In this document: piece by piece, positions 26,888-39,126 of the stretch
Numbering within the stretch: the first letter of the stretch is position 1
Layout: the number at the start of each line of letters is the position of its first letter
NCBI GenBank assembly: GCA_001662655.1
Contig: KV460206.1
DNA: 64,000 nucleotides
Direction: 5' to 3' (one strand)
Source of the DNA: Pseudogymnoascus verrucosus
Lineage: Eukaryota
Position numbers and translations under genes: made by a program
The notes under the pieces: generated by a model
The model's input: only the letters and a program-made list of their open reading frames with translations
Told to the model about the DNA's origin: nothing
Database searches by the model: none

Positions 26888-27469
26888 ATTGTCGAGGCTG
26901 GGGGGGTGAATTCTCTCAACAGAAGAGGAGGTCGAGTAGGTCGCGTTGGCGCGAAACAAGCTTGTATGATGGAAAAGAAGATCAATACAGAAGAGAGTAT
27001 AAGATCGAAAGGAATTAGATTGAAATGGGGGTCCGCGGGGTTCTTCTTGTACTCTTGGTGGTAGAAGAAGGGTTGGGGGTTGGAAGAAATGGGGGGACGA
27101 GGATGAATTGAAAGGTCGAAGGGTCGGGGACGGGGTGCGGAGTGTGGAGATGAAGTCTTACTGGAGAAGTACGTACCACGAGAGGAGGTGCGTGCTTCAA
27201 TAGCGGTACTACTAGCATTATTCCGTACCAAACAAAGGCCTCTCAATAGTATCAGTTTAGTAGATTAATGGTCGAGTATTTATTTGTTATTTATTATTTG
27301 TTATTTATTGTATTTGTATGTATAATACAGTAGAACACAGTGGAATACAGTACTGTTGAGCAGCTACAAAATTAACAGACAAACCAATGGGAAATAGGAA
27401 ATAAAGTCATTTCTCAGGGTACAGGTACAGACAGCTCTGGCTCTACACGCCGCTGGAACGGTCAGGGTA

Positions 27470-27543
27470 AAAGTCCCTGTTCAAGTCCCCCATTTTAGCC
27501 CATTAAAGTCCCTGTTCAAGTCCCCCATTTTAGCCCATTAAAG
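27470..27543. repeat. 35-bp perfect tandem duplication (AAAGTCCCTGTTCAAGTCCCCCATTTTAGCCCATT x2)
   Basis: Directly visible, upstream of the SR gene. Confidence 0.92.
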
Positions 27544-28407
27544 CCCCCAATAATCTTCAATTCGGGGCTTTGTCTCGCACTGTTTTCTGTCCCAATGCGG
27601 TCCAAACGGGCCGTAGGCAGGCATAAGGCACATCCAACCTGTCAAAAGGTACCTTCAAGTCTCATGCATTCTGCGCGTGTATTCATGTACTCTACTATAT
27701 ATCATCCATGCCTCGACCTACTCTGTGCATACAGTTAGTAGTAACTCCGCATATAAAATCGGGGAATTTAGTTCTTTTTTTGGAGAGAAATATCGATATT
27801 GGACATACACAGTACAACAACAAACCCTAGCAACCAACGACCGCGCGGCCGAGACATCGCCCCCCATCACACACTGCGGAATATTTATTTCGTTTCTTTT
27901 TTCAATAGTTCCTGCATGCATCAAGAGGATTTATCCTGCGACTGAGCCGAGCATAGGAGAGGGAGAGGGAGAGGGAGATTGGCTGTTGGAATGAATAATA
28001 AGCGCCCTCGGTCTGGCTGGCTCCGGATAAAGGGAGCCTTGTTGACAGGTTGACAGTTGGAATGGACAGTCATGAAACAACGTCAAAGATTATTCCGCAC
28101 GCATCTCGCCCGATCACCGATTTCACTAGCTAGGGAACACCTGTCAAGTTTCTAGTTCTTTCAATAATCATGCATTTACAATTCATTATCCCCCCCCAAC
28201 TCCCCCTACCCCGCATACATCATCATTTACAAACTAACAAAGAACGCCGACCAGCTACTTAGAATGTGCTGCCCTCCGCAAACAAGACCCCTTCCATCCC
28301 GTTTCCGGGCTATCCTTTAGAAAGAAAAAAAACTCTCCTCAACTCCTGACGAACCCCCCGGATATCATACTCCCCGTCTGTCTCCTTCCTCTTCCTCTGC
28401 CTATCTC

Positions 28408-30771
28408 TCAGCTAATATCGACCGTACGGGTATCATCACCTTCCTCATCCGCGCCCCCAAGCTCGTGCTCTACCTCCTCCACCACGAACCCCTCGTAGTC
28501 CTCGAGGTTCTTCTGCACGTGCACCTTGAATTTGATGATATCATTGAGCATGCGCTCAACCTCCGTGTGCAGTTCCTCCCTCAAGGCATTCGCGCGGAGA
28601 GTAAGCTGTTCATACCTATGACCACCGTTAGCATTCCCTCTAGAAACTCAAAGGGGCAGTAAAACCACATACTCAATATTAGTATTCATCTCCCTCTGCT
28701 CCATCAACTGCACCGACTCCGTCAAACCCCCCCTCATCTTCGCCAACTCCTTCTCCATCTTCTCAATCTGCGTATCCGACGCAATCTTCTGCGTCGTCGT
28801 CACCTCCTTCGTCTTCTCAAACTCCTCCTGCGCCGCCCGCACCCTATGCTCCAGCGCGTCCACCTCGCTGCGCTTATCCTCAATCGCCTCCTTGATCCCG
28901 TCCAGCAGATCGTGATTCTTCATCATCGCCTCCACCACCGCGCTGCGCCGGTCCGAGACCTCCTTCTTGAGCGCCAGGAACGCGCCGCGCGCCTGGCCGC
29001 GCAGGTCGAGGCTGAGGATCTGGTGGGGTTGGTAGCCGCTCACGGGGTCGGCGAGGAGGCGGTCGCTTTCGGAGTTGGCGCTGTTGCCCATCTGGGAGCT
29101 GGAGAATTGCGGGCCCTCGTTGACGAGGATCTGGAGTTCGTAGTTCTTGCCCTTCGCGTTGGGGGCTGTGGAGGGGATGAGGCCGATTTGGTAGCCTAGG
29201 CTGTTATAGTTTTCCACCAGGCGCTCGAGCTCGTCGAGTTTTCGGCTGGCTTCGAACTCTTTCTCGTTGACTTTCTTCTTTGCATCTTCCAGTCGTGATG
29301 CCGTGCCTTCGATGCCCTTCTGGAGGCGCTCGCGCTCGGAAGTCATGCGGTCGATGTCTTGCATGCTGATGCCTTGGTCGTCGACGGACTTTTGGAGGTT
29401 CATGCGCTCCTCCTCCGCGTCGTTGAGCTCCGTCATCGCCTTCTTGATCTCGTCCTGTAGGAACTGGATGCGCGTCTCGTACCTCTCGCACTTCTGCGCC
29501 ATCTTCTCGTCGTAGCCCTCGAACTTGACTCGGTCCTCCTGCAGGATCTTGAAGTGGTTGTCGAGACTGTTGATGTCGGGCGTCGACTTCTCCACCTCCT
29601 CGATCTCGAGGCGGAGACGCTCGTTCTCGGCTTCGAGGATCTTCATCTCTTCGAGGTACTTGGAGTTGGCGTTCTCGAACTGGTGGGCCATGTTCTCGAC
29701 GTGAGGCGCTAGGACGCGCTCCTGGTCGTCGTCATCGGCGTCCTCGTCCATCTGGAGCCACTCCGAGTACGCGCCGCGCAGGAAGTCGAAGATGATACGG
29801 TCACCGCTAACATCGACACCTGCCTCAAGACATGCATCGTCGTAGTGGTTCGCCGCATACCCATCGAGCATCTGCGCAAGCTGCATCATCCAGTGCAGCA
29901 ATCCGAGGAAGGTACTCCAATTCTGCCCCCCCACCGCCGCAATCTGACTCTTCGTAATGCTCTTCTCAAACGGATACCTCAACTGCTTCAAGATCGGCGG
30001 GACCTCCTGATCAATATTCTTCAGAAACCTATAACTCGGATCAATCCGATGATACAGCCACTGAAACATGAAATTGAAATCCTTCTGCGTCGGCGACCGA
30101 ATCGTGTTCTGCGAGAGCATATGCTTCATCTCCATCTCAAAATTATAATTCGCCATATAATCCAACAACTCCTGCCCAATCTTCGTCTGATACGCCCTAT
30201 CCTTCAACGGCCTCGGATCCCTCGGCACCCCCGCCGGCGCCGGCGCCTGCTGGAAGAAACTCTGATGCGCGCCCCCCGGCCCGCTGCTCGACGCGCGCGA
30301 CCTGTAAATGCTGCTGCGCCTCTCATTCGCCTCCTGCGACGGCCTCGACCCCGTCGCCGCGATTCCTCCCGGCGCGAAACTCTTGCGCCCTCCTCCGCTG
30401 GCGTTCTGGAATGACGTCCGCTTTACGGACGATAGGCCCATGTCGGCGAGGTTGGTACCGGAGGAGGAGCGCTGGAATTGAGGCTGGTTTGGGCGCGAGG
30501 GCGCGAGGGAGGCGCGCGAGCCGGAGATGGACCGGGACTGGTTGGCGGTGAAGGCGCCGGGGCCGGATATGGAGTTGGAGCGCTTCATGGCGGAGGCGGG
30601 CTGGGGGATGTTGGAGTTGTAGTTGATGCCGCCGAGGGTCTGGTTGTGCGCGCAGAGTCAGTGGGCTATTTTTTTTTGGCGGGAGGAGGGGGGGACATGG
30701 CCCTGGGGGGGTGTTTGTTTACTTACTTCTCGGGGCCGGCGCACGCTGAATATGCCGGTGTCTTGCGACAT
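28408..30771 (-). CDS. NDC80: Kinetochore protein Ndc80/HEC1
   Basis: [31 protein letters not shown] and [12 protein letters not shown] motifs plus a long coiled coil. Introns 30640-30726 and 28616-28672. Confidence 0.96.
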
Positions 30772-31286
30772 TTGAGGGGATTCGTGGTCGCGGATGCGGT
30801 TGGTATATATTTTTGTAATCGATAAGGCGTATAATGCCTGGTGCGCGGTGTTCTCGCTGTTGTGGTGAAAACGATGTGGTTCTTGGGTTGTGATGCGATA
30901 TCGAAGTCTTGTTGTCCGCGAGACGAGATGTCATGTAAACAAACCCCAAAATGGAGGCCTATGATTGGCTGGTTTCAAACACCACGCAATGAGAACGGAC
31001 TGCCACGGAAAACTGCCCGAGAATATAATTATGTTAAACTGTAATGTATTATATTAATAAATATCGTTTAAATTGACCATTTGTTGTGTTTGGAGCCCCG
31101 TCAGTATTCGGCACTAGGTCACGTGGTTAGTCATCCCAGAGCGCGAGCCTCGGCCCGTCAGTGACGCCAACTTCCCCAGATAACTTCGGCGATGTCCACT
31201 CCTTCCACACACTTCGATCCCCTCAAACACTCAACCCACGACGTGTCGCAAAGGAGCAGCGAAGTTGTGGTGAACAAGTTGTCACT

Positions 31287-32557
31287 ATGGCTATCAGAGA
31301 GGATATCGTCGCATCAGCTGTAAGTTACTCTCGCCCCCTCCCATCATCCCTCGATGGCTCGCTGTGTTTGCCCCTGCTAACGCCGATCTAGGTGACATGT
31401 GAGATAATCAACGTTCATCCCCCGAACGCAGACACTGACAGTTCTCCCAGTCCTTCAGGATCCAAGCGTTGCCGCATCCCCGGTGGAGAGCCGGATTGCG
31501 TTCCTTCAATCGAAGAACCTCACCCAAGAAGAGGTGGACGCTGCGCTCGCGCGAGCAGACGGCCAAGCAGCGGCACCGTCATATGCAAACTATGCACCAC
31601 AGCAGCAGGTAGCTAGGCAGCCACCTCCCGGATATGGAGGAGGCTATCAACAGCCATGGCAGCCACAAGCTCCGCCGGAGCTTCCAAAGAGAGATTGGAG
31701 GGACTGGTTCATCATGGCCACAGTCGCTGGTGGTGTCTCATACGGGCTATACACCGTGGCCAAGGTAAGTCTTCCCAGTATCCGTAAACAACACAGGTCA
31801 TTAACAACCACAGCGCTACGTCCTCCCGCTGATTGCCCCTCCTACTCCCCCCCAACTCGAGCAAGACAAGGCCTCAATCGACGCCTCGTTCGAGAAAGCC
31901 TTTACCCTCCTAGAACAACTTTCCAAAGACACCGACGCTCTCAAATCCGCCGAGGAGGAGCGCACCACGCGCCTTGACGCTACCCTCGCGGACGTCGAAT
32001 CCGCCATCAGCGAGCTCAAGGCCTCCGCTCGCCGCCGCGACGACGAGTCCCGCCGCACCACCGACGAAGTCCGCGCCCTCAAGGACCTCATCCCCAAGGC
32101 CATGGACGGCCAGAAGGAGAGCACCGACGCCCGCCTCGTCGAGCTCAATGCCGAGCTCAAGAGCCTGAAGAAGCTAATGGGTCAGCGCATGGCCCCCGCC
32201 TCGCCTACACCTTCGACCTTCGGTGTCGGCCCATCCGCCCGCACTACTATTACCCCTTCCAACACCACCCCCGCCCCTTCCGCACCACAGTCCAATGGCA
32301 CGTCCTCCCCGGTTGTGCCTGCGTCTGAGGGCCCAAAGCCCGCCTCCGTCAGCAACGGCAAGGGCACTGAGTCTACCGCGTCGCTGTCTGGTCGCGGGTC
32401 TAGCACCCCGTACAGCGCGGGCGTGCCCACTGGACGCGCACCGATCCCGGCGTGGCAGATGGCAGCGGCCAATAAGGCTGCTGCTGCTGCACCGGCGGCT
32501 TCTTCGAGCTCGCCAGCTGCGGGCGCGTCGGATGCACAGGACGAGGCACAGGCTTAG
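31287..32557 (+). CDS. PEX14: Peroxisomal membrane docking protein Pex14
   Basis: MAIREDIVASAVTFLQDPSV..RIAFLQSKNLTQEEVDAAL, RDWRDWFIMAT and IPAWQ motifs. Exons 31287-31319, 31392-31398, 31451-31764 and 31814-32557. Confidence 0.96.
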
Positions 32558-33064
32558 GGGTTTGGCTGTAATATCACGGAGGGAAGCGGGGAGGAAGAGA
32601 GTGGTTTGCATGGGACGGCGCTGGGGATAACGTGAGAGCTATTTGATTATTGTATTTATATGATCTATAGGATGGCAAATGTTTGTTCGAAATTTACTTG
32701 ATGGTGGGGTTGTATGTTGCGGCTATGTGAACCTTGCTATTTGGAATTGGGTGAAATCACATGTAATATAAGTATGTGTTATAGGGTGTTCAAACAATAT
32801 CTTATGCAGCTTTGACTCGAAACACAAGAGTAAGGTCCCTTTCAATATACACGTGCTTGCTGTAGTACCAATTACCCCAAAGTTTCTCCAAATACGACGG
32901 TTTCGAGTGATCGGCTGTGAACCCCTACAGCACTTATTCGGCACTAAAACGGGGCGATCGCGTGTGTGGCGCATCGCGACTTACCTCGGCGCCACGGGCT
33001 GTGGGTCTCCTGATAGCCTTTGGACCTTGTAGCTGCCCAGAAATTTGGCGGGGATAACCTTACC

Positions 33065-34687
33065 ATGGCGGATCCGGCCCACACTCGCCCTAAGGCAGGG
33101 GACAAAAGGGCCTCGAGCCCCAGATTCCCTCGCAGAAACAGCATCATCGACGATATCACCTCCGGAACTCAAATTGGCGGTTCCCCATCCGCTCTCTCCC
33201 CCCAACCACCTAACAACGCGCCGCGCAATCGCCCCGCCGCCGCAATGGATTGGTCGCAACCTCTCCCCATTATCAAGGCCCTCGCGCCCAAGGTCCCAAT
33301 GATAGGCAAGACGGCCCTGATGCACTCCCTCGGCCTGTCTGAGACCTCGAAATACTGGGACCTCCGCACCGCAGTTACCATCAACGTGATCCGCTCCTTC
33401 GTCTTCCCTCCCGAACCCACCTCAGTCGGGAAATCCCAGCACATCTCCCTCCGCGACCCAGGCGTAAAAGGAAAAGTCTGGATCGCCAATGTCTCCCTCC
33501 CTTTCACCCCCGACGACGACGATGTCCGCCAGGCCATCTTCGGCGCCATTGATCACCTCGCCGGCGCGCCGCAGGGCGACCTCTACACTGCCCCCGAGTT
33601 GGCTGAGATAACCGCAGAATGGACAGGCTACCGCGCCGGCGCAACATCCTCCACTCCTCCCCTCGACGCCTCAGACGCAGACAAGTACGCCGCAATGATG
33701 AAAGAAGTCGTCTCCCCAACCACAGTCCTCTACCTCCACGGCGGCGCATACTACCTCATGGACCCCGCGACGCACCGCCCCACCACCGCGCGCCTCGCAA
33801 AACACACAACCGGCCGCGTCCTCTCCATCCGCTACCGTCTCGCGCCCCAACACCCTTTTCCCGCGCCCCTAATCGATGCCCTAGTCGCCTACCTCACCCT
33901 CCTCTATCCACCCCCCGGCGCCCTCCACACGGCCGTCGCACCAGAACACATAGTCCTCTCCGGCGACTCCGCGGGCGGAAACCTGGCAACCTCGCTCCTC
34001 CTCCTTCTCCTCACCCTACAGCGCCAGTCGCGCACCGTGCTCTGGGGTGGGTTTCCCCGCTCTGTCCCGCTGCCGGCGGGGACGGCGCTGGTGAGCCCGT
34101 GGATGGATATCACGGGGTCGTCGCCCAGTTGTGCCGATTACGCGCATTTTGACTATCTCCCCGGGCGCACCGCGTATCCGAATGGGATGGAATACGCGCC
34201 GGATGCGATATGGCCTGTTACACCGGCACGGACGGCGCTGCATGTTGATGATGCGCTGCTACTGCATCCGCTTGTGTCGCCGTTGGCGGCGAAGGAGGAG
34301 CTGTGGACGGGGGCGCCGCCGGTGTGGATGGTGACGGGGTGGGAGTTGTTGAGTGATGAGGATAGGGCTGTTGCGGGGCGGATGGCGGGGGCAGGGGTGA
34401 AGGTTAGGTATTTGGAGTTTGAGGCTATGCCGCATTGTTTTGCGATGGTGGTAGAGGGGAGTGCGGTGGCGAGGAAGTGTATTAGGGAGTGGGCGGGGTG
34501 GATGAAGAAGGTTGTGGAGGCGCCGGGGAGTGTGGGGGTTGGGGGGACGGTGGTGGGGTTTAAGAAGTTGGAGGAGAAGAGGGTGGATGTTAAGGGGTTG
34601 GATGAGGGGTGGGAGGTTACGATGGGGAGGATGAAGGAGAGGTTTAAGAAGAATGAGGAGAGGAAGGCGGCGGCGGCGAAGTTGTAA
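33065..34687 (+). CDS. Alpha/beta hydrolase, HSL/GDXG esterase family, C-terminal PTS1 (-AKL)
   Basis: LYLHGGAY, YRLAPQHPFPA, GDSAGG nucleophile elbow and MPHCF. Alternative start at 33245. Confidence 0.92.
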   Translation: MADPAHTRPKAGDKRASSPRFPRRNSIIDDITSGTQIGGSPSALSPQPPNNAPRNRPAAAMDWSQPLPIIKALAPKVPMIGKTALMHSLGLSETSKYWDLRTAVTINVIRSFVFPPEPTSVGKSQHISLRDPGVKGKVWIANVSLPFTPDDDDVRQAIFGAIDHLAGAPQGDLYTAPELAEITAEWTGYRAGATSSTPPLDASDADKYAAMMKEVVSPTTVLYLHGGAYYLMDPATHRPTTARLAKHTTGRVLSIRYRLAPQHPFPAPLIDALVAYLTLLYPPPGALHTAVAPEHIVLSGDSAGGNLATSLLLLLLTLQRQSRTVLWGGFPRSVPLPAGTALVSPWMDITGSSPSCADYAHFDYLPGRTAYPNGMEYAPDAIWPVTPARTALHVDDALLLHPLVSPLAAKEELWTGAPPVWMVTGWELLSDEDRAVAGRMAGAGVKVRYLEFEAMPHCFAMVVEGSAVARKCIREWAGWMKKVVEAPGSVGVGGTVVGFKKLEEKRVDVKGLDEGWEVTMGRMKERFKKNEERKAAAAKL

Positions 34688-34933
34688 GATAGTTTCGTTT
34701 TCATGACATATGTAGTGACGGATATACCATTTGCAGGGCAAGGGGATGACAGATAAAAATGGAGAGGAAATGTAACATTATATCTAAAACCGGTACATAC
34801 TGGATATCCGCAGTGAGGACCCCTCTCACAAAATAAACCATCTACATCTCCCCAACCCAAATCCAAACGAAATATTACAACCCTTTCCAATCTCCCGTCA
34901 CTTCCTATATCATACACTCCCATCCTCCAACCC

Positions 34934-36277
34934 TTAATACTCCTTACTCTCCCCAACATCCGAAACATCAAACACCCCCACCTCCGGCATCCCCTGCCCC
35001 CTCAACACCTCCTTCAACCTCTTCGGCGGCGCCCCCCCATCCTCCTCCGTCAAAACCCACGTCCCCCAATGCACCCCCAACGCCCTCTTACACCCCGTAT
35101 CCTTCAGAATCTCCACCGCATCCGCCGGATCCGCATGCATACTACTAAACAGATACCTCGGGTCATACGCCCCAATAGGAATCAACCCAAGATCAAACGG
35201 CCCCCTCAGCTTCCCAATATCCTTAAACGCAGGGCAACGCGGCAGGTCGGCATACGGCGCGCTATAGTCGTCCACAGTAGGGGGCAGCTTGGGAACAGTA
35301 CGGTATCCAGTGTCCCCGCCGAACCACACAGACTTCCCACCCGACTTAATCGCCCACGACGCCCACAGCGTTTTCGCCTGATCAAACGGCGTGCGCGCGC
35401 TGGTATGCTGGCAGGGTAAACACGAGATGCGCGCAGTGATCGGACCCCCCGCCGTTTGCGCCGCAGGGGCGCCCGCAGCAGCAGCAGTGACTTCCCACTC
35501 CACGCCCTCCGCCGCGGTAGGCGAGAGCGTAACATCGATTTCCTGCCACCAATCCATCTCAACGACACTCTGGATCCCCGCATCCCTAAACCACGATTCC
35601 AAGCCCAGCGGCACGGCGAACAGCGCCTTTGGATGCAGTTTCGCTAGCTCCATCACGGAGGGGTAGGAAAGGTGGTCGTAGTGCGAGTGGCTGATCACGA
35701 CCACGTCGACGGCTGGGAGGTCGCCCAGGCCGCAGGGGGTAGGCGTGTACCGCTTTGGACCTGGGAAGCCGGCGGGGGAGCAGCGGTCCTCGAAGACGGG
35801 GTCGAGGAGGACGCGCAGCCCGGAGGGGAACTCGAGGTACATGCATGCGTGGCCGAGCCAGGTTGCACGGAGAGAGGTAGAAGCGGTGCGGGAGGGGAGG
35901 AAGGTGGGGGTTTGCACGGTGAGTGGCGGGGTGAGGACAGGGGTGTTTGCTATGCCGGAGATGCGGCGCCTGGGGGGTGTTAGTGAGACTGTTTGTTAAG
36001 CTGTGAGGGGGGGTGCGTACCAGATGATGTTGGAGAGTATTTGGATGGGGGCGAGAGGCTTCCAGCTCTCCCAGGGGTTGATGAAGCCATTGCCGCTCTT
36101 GTTGTGGTGGGTTTTGTTCTTCGCGTCCGTGGGCGCGTCGGCGGCTTGGATGGGGACGGAGGCGGAGACCGTGTAGGCGGCCAAGGCGACGCCGGCGAGG
36201 GTGCCGGAGGATGCTGCTGTCATTGTTGCGGGGGTTGGGCGGCGGAGGTGGAAGAGAGTGCGGAAGAGACGACGCAT
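34934..36277 (-). CDS. NAPE-specific phospholipase D / Fmp30-like metallo-beta-lactamase fold protein
   Basis: GFINPW, ATWLGHA, SHSHYDHL, FGGDTGY, IPIGAYDPR and GVHWGTW motifs. Intron 35970-36020. Arg-rich N-terminus resembles a mitochondrial presequence. Confidence 0.92.
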
Positions 36278-37604
36278 GGGGGGAGGTGGAAGGCGAATGT
36301 GGGAATCGGGGGGGAAATTGGGAGGTGGAAGGTATATATAAAATGCAGACGACGAGGCTATAAAAGGTACTTGTAGGCAGATGCAGGCGACGAGGCTGGG
36401 TACGTACGTATGTAGGTCGTAAGTCCGTAGGGTCGGGATCGGATCTTACCTGAGATCTTTCCTGTCCGAGAGCTGAAGGATGACTGCAGGGTAAATATGA
36501 GAGAAAAGAGGAGATAAGGAATTAACGTTAAATCCGTTTCTCCGGCCGCCACCATGTCTCGGCATCCGATGTCCCATGCATGCTTGTTTTGTTTACAGTT
36601 CAGATTCGGTTCTCAAGTTAAGACCATACATGAAACTTTATTCTCATACTGTCTCTTAATGTTTTTTTATAAGCATTGAGCTATTCTTCTAGCTCAAACT
36701 AAGTTAAGCTTATAATAAATAGCCTCTCCCCTGATACGAGGATTAGTGACTAAACAACACAAAGGTTCCGATGAGAGCCTTGCGCAAGGCTGAGCGAGCC
36801 TGTATCGCCTTGTCACACCAAGTATCGCGAGCCTGAGTGGTCGTTGATAACGACACTGCCAAAATAGAGGATGTGGTATAAGATAGAGACCAAGTCGTCC
36901 ACCTATGCAAGCCAGACGAATGATCAAGACGCTCATAGAGATCACTATTGCTTCACGGCACGCCAACTATTCGTATGTTGTCCTTCCTATCTATATGTAC
37001 AGTACGGTACAGTACCTTTATAGTACAGTGTGGGGAAGGTGGCGATTTCAGCGACGGTAACATCAAGCTACGACAGGAAGAGTAGTAACAGTGACAGCAA
37101 ACGGCAACAGTGAGGGTGATAGCAAGTAGCAACGGTGACAGCAACGATGACAGCCAGCACCACCGATACCGGCAACGTTGAGCTCGACTAATGCCAGAGT
37201 GGTCGTGCCAGATGTTCGACAGCGTCACCGATATTTTGTTTTCCGGCCCCAGTTAGTCGGAGGACTCGAACTTCATTTTAAGCTGTGTGCTTCCTGCATG
37301 AAAGCTCGGTATATATATATTTCATATCCCAATTTTTTATATTTATTTTATTTCATAGCTTCTATGATATTTCAAGCAATGACGGGTCGGGAGGTCTATC
37401 TATCTTTCGGAGTGGGCCCCCCGCCGACGACAACTCGATTAACGCTAGGAAACTTCCGATAAGCCGGCGCATTTAAATGTGCGGGGAGAGCACTTTGCAT
37501 TCTTAATTCTCCAATTGTTACTATATTGCTCTCTTAGGATCATTCCCTTAGACTACTTCATTATACGACTCACATACCACATCTGCAACGAATCCCCCTC
37601 TACA

Positions 37605-38447
37605 ATGGGTAACAACAAGAAGCTCAGCGCCTATTATGCGCCTACGGGCGGCTTGCCGCCACAGACACAGATCCTCACCGACCGTGCTATGTTCACCGAA
37701 GCCTATGCGGTAATTCCAAAGGGCACATTCAGCGACATCGTGACGAGTTTCCTGCCGTTCTGGGATAAGACGAGGTTGTGGGTGATTGCCCGTCCGTTAT
37801 CGGGCTTCGCCGAAACATTCTCGCAATACATCATGGAGGTGCAACCCGGGGGCGGCAGCGATCGCGGTGAAACGGATGACAGTGCGCAGGGGGTGGTGTT
37901 TGTCGTCAAGGGCGAAGTGACAATCACCTTAGGATCAGAGAAACACACACTTTCCGAGGGCGGCTATGCCTACCTACCACCGAAGAGCGGGTGGTCCCTC
38001 CGTAACACTGGTGCAACCACCGCCTCTTTCCATTGGATTCGCAAGGCCTACGAATCTGTGGAGGGAATCGATCAACCTACGCCGCTTTTCCTTAACGAAA
38101 AGGATGTTCCACCTACATATATGCCAAACACCAACAATGCTTGGGCTACCACACGATTTGTCGACCCGAACGATCTGCGCCACGACATGCATGTTACCAT
38201 TGTTACCTTTGAGCCCGGGGGAGTCATCCCATTTGCGGAAACCCATGTCATGGAGCACGGCCTTTACGTTTTAGAGGGTAAAGCTGTGTACAGGCTCAAT
38301 CAGGACTGGGTGGAGGTGGAAGCTGGCGACTTCATGTGGTTGCGTGCCTTCTGCCCTCAGGCCTGTTACGCCGGCGGCCCTGGGAAATTCCGTTACCTGC
38401 TCTACAAGGACGTAAACCGCCAGATGAAGCTATCAGCGAAATTGTAA
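37605..38447 (+). CDS. (S)-ureidoglycine aminohydrolase, bicupin, bacterial type (AllE/YlbA-like), intronless, ends -AKL
   Basis: YYAPTGGLPPQT..RAMFTEAYAVIPKG, WVIARPLSGFAETFSQY, ETHVMEHGLYVLEGK, FCPQAC and FRYLLYKDVNR match the ureidoglycine aminohydrolase family as I know it. Confidence 0.9.
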   Translation: MGNNKKLSAYYAPTGGLPPQTQILTDRAMFTEAYAVIPKGTFSDIVTSFLPFWDKTRLWVIARPLSGFAETFSQYIMEVQPGGGSDRGETDDSAQGVVFVVKGEVTITLGSEKHTLSEGGYAYLPPKSGWSLRNTGATTASFHWIRKAYESVEGIDQPTPLFLNEKDVPPTYMPNTNNAWATTRFVDPNDLRHDMHVTIVTFEPGGVIPFAETHVMEHGLYVLEGKAVYRLNQDWVEVEAGDFMWLRAFCPQACYAGGPGKFRYLLYKDVNRQMKLSAKL

Positions 38448-39126
38448 TGGACAAACGCTTTGTCTTCGGTCAATTGTCGACTTTTTAAACACGCCACCCG
38501 CCTAAAAAGGATAATGGATGCAGGCTGGACAGATGATCCATGCTTCTCCATCATTCAATCTCCCCGATCATTAGAATTCGCCATCTCTAAGGCCTTGCTA
38601 GGCCAATGGTAGACTCTACTGTTAATGTGTTAGCCTCGGACGGTGCGTTTTACCAGATGCACTTGTGGAGGTAATGAACCCTAGATTCTTTTATATATTT
38701 ATCTTATATATTGTATAACATATTTAACACAAACTATTTCACGCAAGCTATTTCTCACTACAAATTAAGTATTTCGAAACGCAATGTCAGCCGTATCATT
38801 CTGATAATCTTTAAAACTATCCTTTACTGTAGTATAATAATCCCTAGCCCTTCATTCACCACCTACGAATCCAAACCGAACATTCTGATCTACAGCATCG
38901 CCGCCATGTGCTGGTGTTGGGTTTGCGGCGAGACCTGCGATTATCATGACCAGCATCTTACGTATGCACCTCGATTCACGCTAAGCGATTAAGGCAATAG
39001 TATTAACCGCCAACGGCACGGCTTGAGCTCCGAGCCACTTTAAATAGGTATATATATCATCCATCGTCTCAACAAATCTTCTCACGTAACAAAGCCCTTG
39101 ATACCTATTTATTATCCATAGCCATC

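Noticed and set aside
27470..27543. CRISPR-like repeat
   Set aside because: Two adjacent copies with no spacer in a eukaryotic genome. A simple tandem duplication.
37040..37170. Degenerate AGC/AAC/GAC-rich coding-like stretch
   Set aside because: No sustained ORF or recognisable homology, so it cannot be called a pseudogene from sequence alone.
37250..37275. GTTCGAGTCC B-box/T-loop-like motif on the minus strand (also ~46205-46222)
   Set aside because: No cloverleaf or acceptor stem around it, so not a tRNA.
37300..37480. UaY-type TCGG-N6-CCGA site upstream of UGlyAH
   Set aside because: CGG/CCG triplets are present but none has the exact spacing.
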